A stretch of DNA of 64,000 bases. Origin: a virus. Location of the stretch: the IMG/VR virus record IMGVR_UViG_3300002038_000008, positions 1 to 64,000 of that record; one strand, written 5' to 3'. This document shows, piece by piece, positions 6,993-15,059 of this stretch (positions within the stretch are counted from its first letter, which is position 1; each line of letters opens with the position of its first letter). The notes beneath the pieces are model-generated. The model had not been told where the DNA came from and ran no database searches. It worked only from the letters and a program-made list of their open reading frames with translations. The position numbers and the translations under genes are program-made.

Positions 6993-7462
6993 CTACAGTA
7001 GCTTATAAAGACGGAATCATGGTATCGGACCTGGCGGCAACTACGATGAGCGGTCATCGCATTGCCACAGTAAAGAAAATCTTCCAGGCCCACGGATACA
7101 CCATGGGATTTGCCGGAGATCCCGAAGCAGTACCGCTGCTCTTGAAGTGGTTCACCGATGAGGATTGGACACCTAATGCGCAGTTGCCCTACAAGCTCGT
7201 AGACGACGAGGAAGTGCTGCCTGATAACCGAATCATATTCGAAGTCATCCTGGTAGACCAAGAAGGCAATGTCTGGACACACTTTAAAGGGGAGCACCTC
7301 CATGCGGTGTTGGACAAGGAGATTGCCATAGGCAACGGCCAGCAGTACGCAAGGGCGGCAATGGCCCTGGGATTCGATGCTGAGACAGCTGTTGTGAAGG
7401 CCTCTCAGTTTTGTGGGTTCACCAGTGAAGAAGTAGACATAGCGGAGACAAATAATGGATAA
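6989..7462 (+). CDS. HslV/ClpQ-like (proteasome beta-type) Ntn-hydrolase peptidase, paralog 1
   Basis: GTG 6989 (GTGA overlap with upstream stop) gives (M)TTVAYKDGIMVSD...ATVKKIFQ...GFAGD...EIAIGNGQQYARAAMALG. Compare E. coli HslV MTTIVSVRRNG...GDGQ...VKKVRRL...GFAGG...AIGSGG. An alternative ATG at 6941 would add a 16-aa leader. Confidence 0.7.
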   Translation: MTTVAYKDGIMVSDLAATTMSGHRIATVKKIFQAHGYTMGFAGDPEAVPLLLKWFTDEDWTPNAQLPYKLVDDEEVLPDNRIIFEVILVDQEGNVWTHFKGEHLHAVLDKEIAIGNGQQYARAAMALGFDAETAVVKASQFCGFTSEEVDIAETNNG

Positions 7463-7595
7463 GCAAGGATGGCTAAGCACTGAAACAATTATCGGAGCAG
7501 GTGCCAGTAACATCAAGGACGCTGTAGAGACTGCAGGGATCTCTGGATTCGGCAATGGATAAGTACGGAATATGAGTGACACCTACACAGGATTT

Positions 7596-7670
7596 TGACC
7601 TGTAGCTCAGCGGTAGAGCTCCCGGCTGTTAACCGGGCGGTCGTAGGTTCGAATCCTACCGGGTCAGCCA
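7596..7670 (+). tRNA. tRNA-Asn: tRNA-Asn (anticodon GTT), CCA encoded
   Basis: Hand-folded cloverleaf. Acceptor TGACCTG/CGGGTCA (one G-U). D arm GCTC-AGCGGTA-GAGC. Anticodon arm CCCGG-CTGTTAA-CCGGG. Variable CGGTC. T arm GTAGG-TTCGAAT-CCTAC. Discriminator G plus CCA. Confidence 0.9.
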
Positions 7671-7690
7671 AATAAATCTTCGGAGATAAC

Positions 7691-8113
7691 GTGACAACGA
7701 TAGTGTTCAAAAAAGGAGTCATGGCCGGAGACAGTCAGATTACTGACGGCAATCATAACTTCTCCCAAGTACAGAAAGTGTTTAAGCTAGATGGGTACCT
7801 ACTGGGAGTGGCCGGAACTTTCTCTGAGTGCCAAGGTTATAAATCCTGGATAGAGACTTCGATGGACATGAAGGTGTTCCCAGAAGAGACAGAGGTAGAT
7901 GGGTGCGCCTTGTTGTACGATACTAACAAAGAGCTCCTCTACCTGCTGGAAAAGAACGAAAAGATTATTTTGGGTGACGAATTCGTAGCTATCGGATCCG
8001 GTGCCCAGTTTGCCATAGGTGCCCTGGAACAAGGGGCCTCGGCAAAGAAAGCAGTACAGGTTGCCTCCAAGTATGACGTGTACACCGGAGGAGACATTAA
8101 AGTAGTAAGATAA
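7691..8113 (+). CDS. HslV/ClpQ-like (proteasome beta-type) Ntn-hydrolase peptidase, paralog 2
   Basis: GTG start with GGAG 5 nt upstream. Product is (M)TTIVFKKGVMAGDSQITDG...VQKVFKL...GVAGT...FVAIGSGAQFAIGALEQG, with N-terminal Thr, GD, Lys and AIGSG motifs as in HslV; 139 aa. Confidence 0.75.
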   Translation: MTTIVFKKGVMAGDSQITDGNHNFSQVQKVFKLDGYLLGVAGTFSECQGYKSWIETSMDMKVFPEETEVDGCALLYDTNKELLYLLEKNEKIILGDEFVAIGSGAQFAIGALEQGASAKKAVQVASKYDVYTGGDIKVVR

Positions 8114-8114
8114 C

Positions 8115-8191
8115 GTCTGTCTCGTATAAAAGGAAGTACGAACACGCTCCAAACGTGTTAGGCCTGGGTTCGAGTCCTAGGACATTCGCCA
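8115..8191 (+). tRNA. tRNA-Trp(CCA)-like element, possibly degenerate
   Basis: T arm CTGGG-TTCGAGT-CCTAG. Anticodon arm ACACG-CTCCAAA-CGTGT. Discriminator G plus CCA. D arm GTAT-AAAAGGAA-GTAC. However, the acceptor GTCTGTC/GACATTC has two pyrimidine-pyrimidine mismatches (2:71, 3:70) and there is one extra nt before the anticodon stem. Confidence 0.4.
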
Positions 8192-8289
8192 AAGTTTACA
8201 GGTACTCGGTTAATTCGTGTGCTCCGAAAGCCTGTTCGAAGACCTCGTGTAAGTTCTAGTCTATAGCACTAAAGTACTAGCGTCGAGGC

Positions 8290-8369
8290 CGGTCAGAGTT
8301 GATCACTGACCGTAATCCTCCCCTCGGTAGTCTCAGACCGAGGCCCGCACTTGGCCACAACCAGGTGCG
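8290..8369 (+). promoter_or_regulatory. cluster of three stem-loops upstream of the fibre-cluster operon
   Basis: Hairpins 8290-8312 (7 bp), 8322-8343 (7 bp) and 8346-8369 (9 bp incl. one G-U) in a 206-nt non-coding gap. Confidence 0.35.
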
Positions 8370-8397
8370 CTCTATTTAAGGACCCACGTAGATTCTT

Positions 8398-8649
8398 ATG
8401 TCTTGGTTGAAACGAAGAAAAATTAGAAAGACCAAGAAGCAAGGTCTACTGGGCGAAAGCCTCGGGTACACCGAGGAAGAGTTAGAAAATTATGTGGACA
8501 GGGACCTTACGGGGTCCCTTATTCTGCAATTGCGTAAGAGGATCCACGATCCGGCGTACGAGTCAGACAAAGAAGATTACCGAGTCAAGGTGATGCAACT
8601 TCAGGTCTTGCTCCAGACCGACTCTCCTCAGAGAGCGGCAGGTAAATAA
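8398..8649 (+). CDS. hypothetical protein (83 aa), basic N-terminus
   Basis: ORF track. Confidence 0.5.
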   Translation: MSWLKRRKIRKTKKQGLLGESLGYTEEELENYVDRDLTGSLILQLRKRIHDPAYESDKEDYRVKVMQLQVLLQTDSPQRAAGK

Positions 8650-9074
8650 TGTCAGCACCGGGCATAAGTTTCCAAGTGGCATCTCAGATGCTCCAGGTAT
8701 TGCTAAACTCCATAGACACCGGAGCAGGCACTGCAACTCTGGAGATTCGAGCAGGAGCACCTCCTGCCACCGTAGATGACACTGCCACCGGCGCCATCCT
8801 TGCGATCTTTGCTTTGCCCAATCCCTCTTTCGGCCTACCTGCAGACGCCAATCCTAACGCCGTAGCCACGGCAGCACCCGTAGCCCCTGCCAATGCCATA
8901 GGTACCGGAGTAGCCGGATGGTTCAGGGTCTATAATCGGGACGGACTGGCAGTACACCAAGGGGACGTTACAGAGACCGGTAACGGAGGAGATGCAATCA
9001 TCAGCGACGAGAACGTAGTTGCAGGAGCAGAGCTCACAGTAATTTCTTGGACTATCACCCAGCCGGAGTCTTAA
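8649..9074 (+). CDS. hypothetical small Ala/Gly/Thr-rich beta-type protein heading the fibre cluster (141 aa)
   Basis: ORF track; TAATG overlap with upstream gene; composition typical of small virion/fibre-associated proteins. Confidence 0.45.
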   Translation: MSAPGISFQVASQMLQVLLNSIDTGAGTATLEIRAGAPPATVDDTATGAILAIFALPNPSFGLPADANPNAVATAAPVAPANAIGTGVAGWFRVYNRDGLAVHQGDVTETGNGGDAIISDENVVAGAELTVISWTITQPES

Positions 9075-9077
9075 ACT

Positions 9078-10334
9078 GTGGCGTACCGAGATGATCTGAT
9101 AGCTCTGGGAGCCAACCACGTGTGGCCGTGCGACGGAAATCTGAACGATATAGTAGGTACGCTAAATTTCGTAAATAGTGGTGGTGTGTTTACTGGGCCT
9201 GCACTTTGCGAAGATGTCTCTACTAGTTATACCACGAACGGGACTAACGATAGCGGGCTTGCTGCATCAGATGCCAGTGTACAAGACGTAACTGTAGATT
9301 ATTGTTACAGTATTTGGTTCAGGACCACAGCTATTCAGCAACCGCCTTGTAGGGTCTTCGGAGACGGTGGCCAAACCGCGAACAACTCGTTCTTTATGGG
9401 AATCGGAAACTCCGTTGTTGCCGAAGCTGACTGTGATCCGGAAGTGATACAAGTCGGCAGTGACGTCGCCATCGTGCCTAATAGGCCGTACAACCTGGTT
9501 TTGGTCTTTCGTGACATAGGAGGGGGAACGAGCGAGCTGGAGTTCTTTATTGACGGAGTGTCTAAAGGCACGCAAGATGTGTTAGATGTCTCCAACGCTG
9601 GAAGAGGAGGATTTCGGATAGGGGGCATCACTGGAACTGCCAGTTACTCTATTGGGGGAACTAATTTTCAGTTGGTTTCTCCAGTTAACGGGAACTACAA
9701 TTTCGTATCTACTTATGTTGGTCCGGATGTTCCCTCTGCTGCTGAGATCCGAAATACAATATTTGAGAAGGGAGCCTCACCTGGGATTACTATAGCCTCG
9801 GACACGGAGGCCAACATGCAAGCAGCACTAAATACTATAGCCTCCACTTTGCGGCCTAATGAAGCTTTGAACATCAGAGTAGAAGAGTTAACAGGAGGAG
9901 GAGACCTAACTCTAGTAGCTGACAACGTAACTCACGATCCTCTGGCTTCTATCCACATCCAGTACATGGGGACGGATACTCTGACCTGGGTTAATGACAA
10001 TGGATCGGATGCCTCTCTGGGTTCTGCTCCTAACCTAGGACAGATAAATTTCGTTACTAATGTGACTGTGGCTCTGACTGTGCTGTCTGCTTCTGATTTT
10101 ACTCCTATTTCGGGAGCTCGGATATTTTTGACAGATAGTGGCGGCGAAATATTTAACGACCTGACAGATGTCAATGGACAGATCAGCTTTAGTTATGGGT
10201 ACTCTGCTCCAGAAGGAATTTCTGGAAGAGCCAGAAAGGGAACAACTTCTCCTTACTTTGTATCCACTGACATTGTAGGTACGATAGAGCAGTCTGGGTT
10301 TGATGCGACCATATTAATGCTTTCGGACGAATAA
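9078..10334 (+). CDS. tail fibre/receptor-binding protein with LamG (concanavalin-like) domain and C-terminal beta-sandwich module
   Basis: GTG start. LamG-like YSIWFRTT...NRPYNLVLVF...ELEFFIDGVSKG. C-terminal ~200 aa paralogous to the end of 10338..13064 (FEKGA, GGGDLTL, NDLTDVNGQISF, ...SDE stop). Confidence 0.6.
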   Translation: MAYRDDLIALGANHVWPCDGNLNDIVGTLNFVNSGGVFTGPALCEDVSTSYTTNGTNDSGLAASDASVQDVTVDYCYSIWFRTTAIQQPPCRVFGDGGQTANNSFFMGIGNSVVAEADCDPEVIQVGSDVAIVPNRPYNLVLVFRDIGGGTSELEFFIDGVSKGTQDVLDVSNAGRGGFRIGGITGTASYSIGGTNFQLVSPVNGNYNFVSTYVGPDVPSAAEIRNTIFEKGASPGITIASDTEANMQAALNTIASTLRPNEALNIRVEELTGGGDLTLVADNVTHDPLASIHIQYMGTDTLTWVNDNGSDASLGSAPNLGQINFVTNVTVALTVLSASDFTPISGARIFLTDSGGEIFNDLTDVNGQISFSYGYSAPEGISGRARKGTTSPYFVSTDIVGTIEQSGFDATILMLSDE

Positions 10335-10337
10335 ATT

Positions 10338-13064
10338 ATGGCCGTAGTAAAAGTAGAAACTTTTGATGTCTCTCCCAGTACTGACGGGACAACTCACACC
10401 TTAACAAATGACGTAGGTTCTTTAACTAGTGCGTTTGTTAAGATTAACGGCTCTAACGACAAGGGGTCGGGACGAGTAGGAAGTACTGGAAATGCAGGAC
10501 CTCGCGATACCCACATGGGTGTCAGCTTAACTGCAACAGATGAGATCACGTTTCACAAGGGCGGCACCCTCCAAATGCGCAAGATGGGAGAGGTCTGGCG
10601 TTATACAGGCTCTCCGGGAGGGCTGGACGAATTCATTGTCCGAGGTCACTTGTCCATTACTTTGGCAGGAGGAGTGGCGTCCAATACTGCCGCAATTCCG
10701 AGCCTCGGAGATAGAAACAAGGTAGTTCCGTTTCTTACGGGGCTCAGTAGTACTTCGACTAGCACCAGCGACCACGACTCCACCACAGTAGCGGTGTTTG
10801 TTAATGCTTCGGATGAGCTTGTTGCAACCAGGCAAAGCACCGGTCAGGCCATAACAGTTTACGTTTCTGTGGTCGAATTTACGGGAATTAACTGGTCAGT
10901 AGGCCATGGCGTGTCCACCAATCATGACACGGCCCAAGAGATCGTAACTCTAAACACGGATTCTACAGGTACCGGGGGATCCGTGTTTGATGTGGGAGAC
11001 TGGTCGAATGCTTTCCTGGAAGGTACGACTCAGGGGGACACAGCAGAAACGGGCCTATCGGATAATCTTTTTATTGCTGAGCCTGGAGCAACTACAACCC
11101 AAGTCAGGGTATTTTTTCAGCAAGACGGAAATGCTAGAAACGACGGAGATGCTTACGTACACGCAGTAGTAAATGCCGGTATGGTAGTTACTCGGGACTC
11201 GAACACTAATTTTCCCGAGACTAACGGAACTATCGGAACCCTGGGGTTTCCTCCGGGCACCTCCTCGTCAGCTCTTCTGGACGAGCTGGCACTGGAATGG
11301 TTCGCAGACACCAGCGGAGTTGGAACAGCACATTCGCGTGGCCGGGTTATATCTCGCATTACTAACGCCTCCGGGACTATCGAGCACTGGGTGCATCGTT
11401 CCGGTAATAATGTTGCAATTTATTATGGCGTAATAAATCTAACTGGGGTGCAGGGTGTAGAGCCTGTAACCATAACATCCGCCCCAACTCAGATAGACGC
11501 AGGAGATCTAAATTTAGTAGTTATAGGAACAAATTTCGAAGCAACGCAAGGCGCAGGAACTGTTTACATATCTGATACTGCCTCTGTAGGAAGTGGTACG
11601 AACGTAGTACAGAGCATTGACACGTGGTCTGATACGAGCATACAGTTTGATTCTAACTTAGCGGGGTTACCGGACGGCATCGTATATATCATTGTTGAGA
11701 ACGCCAGCGGAGGAACAGCAGCCTGGTTGTTGAATAAGGGAATTCCTCCTTACACTGAGGTCATCACAACGATGATTAATCAGCCGGACCACTATCACAC
11801 TTTTGATAATACTTATGTTGCGTCCTTGGGAGGTTTTGCCGCCAACAGTTTGAATGCAGGCACTGGCACGGTTGGGTTCTTTTTAGATCCGGGCACAAGA
11901 GGAAGGACACACTCCTGGGGACCTACGGGCAGCGCCTCTAGAATTGAAATGCTAGATTCTCCTTTTACTAACGTAACTAATACGCATCGTAGGAGATTTA
12001 TAGCCGGGTTCTTTAAGTTCCCAGAAGTGCCCTTAGATCCTAAAGGCATTTGGGAAGAGGGCGGCAACGTTAACAATATTTATATGATCATCGGTTTCGG
12101 CGGAAGATTATTATGTAACGTAGCTGACTCTAGTAATGGATTTAAGTTGCAAGCGTTCTCAGATTTTATTTTGACACCTAATCGGTGGTACCACATCGGA
12201 ATATTATTTGATGGCGATGTCGGATGTAGGTGCTATATTGACGGAGTCCTCCAACAAGGATTTGATGGAGTGGCTCCTAACTCTGACCAAGCAACTCATT
12301 CCGGAGATTTTTCTTATGGGCAACCTGATGGATCTTTGGATACCGGAGGTACTGATATTAGCTACCCCTCCTTTAGTGGGTCTCGATACAACGACTGGAA
12401 ATCCTGGAGCGATACAGGGAACGATGTTCCCCCGGATACGGACATTCGCATTGAGGTCTTTGAGAAGGGAGCTCGAACAGATTTAGAGATCCTGTCAGAT
12501 ACGCCCGCTAACATGCAACTAGCGGCGAACTTACTGAGTGGGACTTCTTATCCGGACACACCTCTTGCAATAAAGGTGAACCGCCCCTCTGGAGGTGGGG
12601 ATCTGACGTTGACTTTTGACGATGTTACTTTCGAAGAAAGAACTAGTATCCAGATTCAATGGACTGGAGGAACAGGAGAAACCCTCACGATCATAAACAG
12701 TAACGGATCCAACATAGAACTAGAGAAATGCTCTACGGCATACGGAGGAACTATAGAGGTTATAGATACTGTTGTTGCGACAATTACTGTTCTCGACTTT
12801 GATCAGCAGCCAATACAAAATGCTCGCGTGTACGTAGAAGCATCTTCTGGAGGACCGTTAGTAGAAGGAACGGTACTTTTTAACGACTTAACTGACACTA
12901 ATGGTACTGTTTCATTTAATTTTTTGTACGACGGAAATGCACAGCCTGTTGTGGGTAGAACCCGTAAGAGTTCTGTGTCTCCCTTGTTCAAGTCGCAGCC
13001 CCTTACGGGAAGCATCACAAGCAGTGGCCTAAATTTAACCGTCTTTATGGACTCAGACGAATAG
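10338..13064 (+). CDS. large tail fibre/receptor-binding protein (908 aa) with LamG domain and the same C-terminal module
   Basis: LamG-like FIAGFFKF...NRWYHIGILFDG...CYIDGVLQ; C-terminal FEKGA...GGGDLTL...NDLTDTNGTVSF...SDE. Confidence 0.6.
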   Translation: MAVVKVETFDVSPSTDGTTHTLTNDVGSLTSAFVKINGSNDKGSGRVGSTGNAGPRDTHMGVSLTATDEITFHKGGTLQMRKMGEVWRYTGSPGGLDEFIVRGHLSITLAGGVASNTAAIPSLGDRNKVVPFLTGLSSTSTSTSDHDSTTVAVFVNASDELVATRQSTGQAITVYVSVVEFTGINWSVGHGVSTNHDTAQEIVTLNTDSTGTGGSVFDVGDWSNAFLEGTTQGDTAETGLSDNLFIAEPGATTTQVRVFFQQDGNARNDGDAYVHAVVNAGMVVTRDSNTNFPETNGTIGTLGFPPGTSSSALLDELALEWFADTSGVGTAHSRGRVISRITNASGTIEHWVHRSGNNVAIYYGVINLTGVQGVEPVTITSAPTQIDAGDLNLVVIGTNFEATQGAGTVYISDTASVGSGTNVVQSIDTWSDTSIQFDSNLAGLPDGIVYIIVENASGGTAAWLLNKGIPPYTEVITTMINQPDHYHTFDNTYVASLGGFAANSLNAGTGTVGFFLDPGTRGRTHSWGPTGSASRIEMLDSPFTNVTNTHRRRFIAGFFKFPEVPLDPKGIWEEGGNVNNIYMIIGFGGRLLCNVADSSNGFKLQAFSDFILTPNRWYHIGILFDGDVGCRCYIDGVLQQGFDGVAPNSDQATHSGDFSYGQPDGSLDTGGTDISYPSFSGSRYNDWKSWSDTGNDVPPDTDIRIEVFEKGARTDLEILSDTPANMQLAANLLSGTSYPDTPLAIKVNRPSGGGDLTLTFDDVTFEERTSIQIQWTGGTGETLTIINSNGSNIELEKCSTAYGGTIEVIDTVVATITVLDFDQQPIQNARVYVEASSGGPLVEGTVLFNDLTDTNGTVSFNFLYDGNAQPVVGRTRKSSVSPLFKSQPLTGSITSSGLNLTVFMDSDE

Positions 13065-13074
13065 GAATTAATTA

Positions 13075-14514
13075 ATGGCTTTTTGGGACGACTTTAGTCT
13101 TACGGACCAAGGCGGAGGCGTGTTTGATTTACGCCACACGTCAGGGACGGATCGGTACACTGTTATCGATTTATATAGAAACATACAAGACCTGGCAGAC
13201 GATGAAACTCTGGCCGGAGATGACGAGAACGATATTACGAAGGTAACTCTGGCCACTCGTCAGACTGATACCGATATTACGTTCATCAACGGTTTAAATA
13301 TCGATGATGCTTCTGTACAATTTGTTACGGACGGTACTATCACTCAGGCAGGAGGGGCTACGGTATATGCCGGGGTTGACTTGCAGTTCCTGGTAACACC
13401 TTTTACTGCTGATGTATACACCCTACAAGATGGACTTCGTGCAGATTTACCCGTACCCAGCGGCAATACGGTAACGGACAGCCTGTCGTTCCTAGTTAAA
13501 GTGCGGGACGGCGGCACTCTGGTCGACAACGGGGATGTCAGATTCTACACCCGTGTTCTTGGCAATTCGTATTCTGATCTCGCAGTAAACCTGGCAAACG
13601 GCGGTTTGACCACAGTGTTCTTGGGACCGGGCGCAGATGCTAATGTAGACGCGGGTAGCGGAGCTGCTTACGCGGCCATTTTATCGGACTTAACGATTAC
13701 ATTCGGCACTTTCCAGTTCGATGTAAACAACGGCAATGGCTTGCAGGATTACGATGTTCAGGTTGCTGTTAGTAATAGTCGTACTCCTCTAGAAGTTTTT
13801 CAAGCTCTCCAATATGCTACGAGAGATGGGTCTACTGATCTCTTAAACGGAATCGAAGGGCAGTTTTATCGTATTGCACAGGGGGGTTATACTCCTCTCC
13901 CGGCAACTCCTTTGGCCTCCTTTGCAGGCGGAAATATCACGGGTGCCCAGGGAGTTTACTTCACAGGGTTCGATCCACAATTTGCTCAGAACTTTATCGG
14001 CACTGATGATACAGGCTCTGTACAGACACCTCCTAATAGTGTTCCCGTCCAAATCACAGGATTGGAAATCGGAGACCGAGCGTTTCTCGTCCGTTCTGAC
14101 GGAAATGCTGTCGATGAGGATGAGTTTGCTCTGGCCGCAGGTAATAATAGTGGAAATGGAACTTTGGAAGTTACCACGACTATTAGCCCGGAGCATCCAG
14201 CAGCGGGTACGATCCGTGTGTTTAATGGAACAGGGTATGACCGGTACGACTACACGTCGTTTAGCGGTACTACTTTCACTTTGAGTGGGACTCTGACTCA
14301 GAACTACACTGGAGGAGACGATTGCTTCGTACCGTTTATTGATCTGGTTGCTGTTGCAGCAGGGACTGTGGGTACGACGATTATTCAGAGTACTCCGATC
14401 CCAGTAATCATCCGAGTACGTAATGCCACTGCATTAATTGTACCCTTTGAGACCACGGGTACCATCGGACCTAATGGGCTCTCGGTTGGTGCCATTCGTC
14501 AGTCTGATGCCTAA
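13075..14514 (+). CDS. hypothetical protein in fibre cluster (479 aa), probably virion-associated
   Basis: ORF track; Thr/Gly/Asp/Val-rich beta-type composition; position. Confidence 0.45.
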   Translation: MAFWDDFSLTDQGGGVFDLRHTSGTDRYTVIDLYRNIQDLADDETLAGDDENDITKVTLATRQTDTDITFINGLNIDDASVQFVTDGTITQAGGATVYAGVDLQFLVTPFTADVYTLQDGLRADLPVPSGNTVTDSLSFLVKVRDGGTLVDNGDVRFYTRVLGNSYSDLAVNLANGGLTTVFLGPGADANVDAGSGAAYAAILSDLTITFGTFQFDVNNGNGLQDYDVQVAVSNSRTPLEVFQALQYATRDGSTDLLNGIEGQFYRIAQGGYTPLPATPLASFAGGNITGAQGVYFTGFDPQFAQNFIGTDDTGSVQTPPNSVPVQITGLEIGDRAFLVRSDGNAVDEDEFALAAGNNSGNGTLEVTTTISPEHPAAGTIRVFNGTGYDRYDYTSFSGTTFTLSGTLTQNYTGGDDCFVPFIDLVAVAAGTVGTTIIQSTPIPVIIRVRNATALIVPFETTGTIGPNGLSVGAIRQSDA

Positions 14515-14516
14515 GA

Positions 14517-15059
14517 ATGGCCTATTCGGTAGACCTTCTTACTAGGATAGTGTTCGTGCCAAGGGCTGATATGCCCTTGGTACAAGCAGTTCCTGAAATC
14601 AGAACTTTGGATGTAAATGTATTTCATACAGAAGTCCGATTTCTGGAGGACACCGAGAACGGTATCATTTACCAAACGGAAGAGAACGTGTTTAATTCTG
14701 GCATAGTGGCCAGGACTCCTCCTGAGTCTCCATCTCCAGTAAATATTAGACTGATCAATGAGTTCAAGTTCGAGCCAGAAGACGGCCAATACCAAGTAAA
14801 TCTGATCGGCGGCAACAGCAATATACTGGCTAATAGAATACAGAACCAGGTATCTATGTCAGATCAGAATTTCATCGCCGCTCTGACGGATGAACAAAAC
14901 ACCAAACTTTGTGAGATGTACAAAGCGATGGGCCTGGATCGGACAGATCCTTGGAACGTAAACATCACTAGCCAAGAGGCTCACACGGATAGTAGAGATA
15001 TAGAGCTCCGCATAACCGGGGACGGAATTACTACTAATAGAGAAGAAAGGCTTCCGTAA
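14517..15059 (+). CDS. hypothetical protein in fibre cluster (180 aa)
   Basis: ORF track; N-terminal IVFVPRADMPL motif recurs in the next ORF. Confidence 0.5.
   Translation: MAYSVDLLTRIVFVPRADMPLVQAVPEIRTLDVNVFHTEVRFLEDTENGIIYQTEENVFNSGIVARTPPESPSPVNIRLINEFKFEPEDGQYQVNLIGGNSNILANRIQNQVSMSDQNFIAALTDEQNTKLCEMYKAMGLDRTDPWNVNITSQEAHTDSRDIELRITGDGITTNREERLP

Noticed and set aside
6929-7582. 217-aa minus-strand ORF antisense to HslV-like gene 1; similarly 7799..8152 and 7939..8145 antisense to HslV-like gene 2, and 7513..7722 across the tRNA
   Set aside because: The sense strand shows a clear conserved-family signature, and one of the antisense ORFs would run through a canonical tRNA gene. These are shadow ORFs.
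7463-7595. Possible additional tRNA or small ORF between HslV-like gene 1 and tRNA-Asn
   Set aside because: I could fold no cloverleaf (no T-loop GTTCRANYC, no acceptor pairing). The only ORF is 4 codons long.
9078-13064. Diversity-generating retroelement (TR/VR) idea for the two similar fibre C-termini
   Set aside because: No reverse transcriptase ORF (no YxDD-type motif) exists anywhere in the window. The two copies differ at all residue types rather than in an adenine-specific pattern. This is ordinary paralogy or module sharing.
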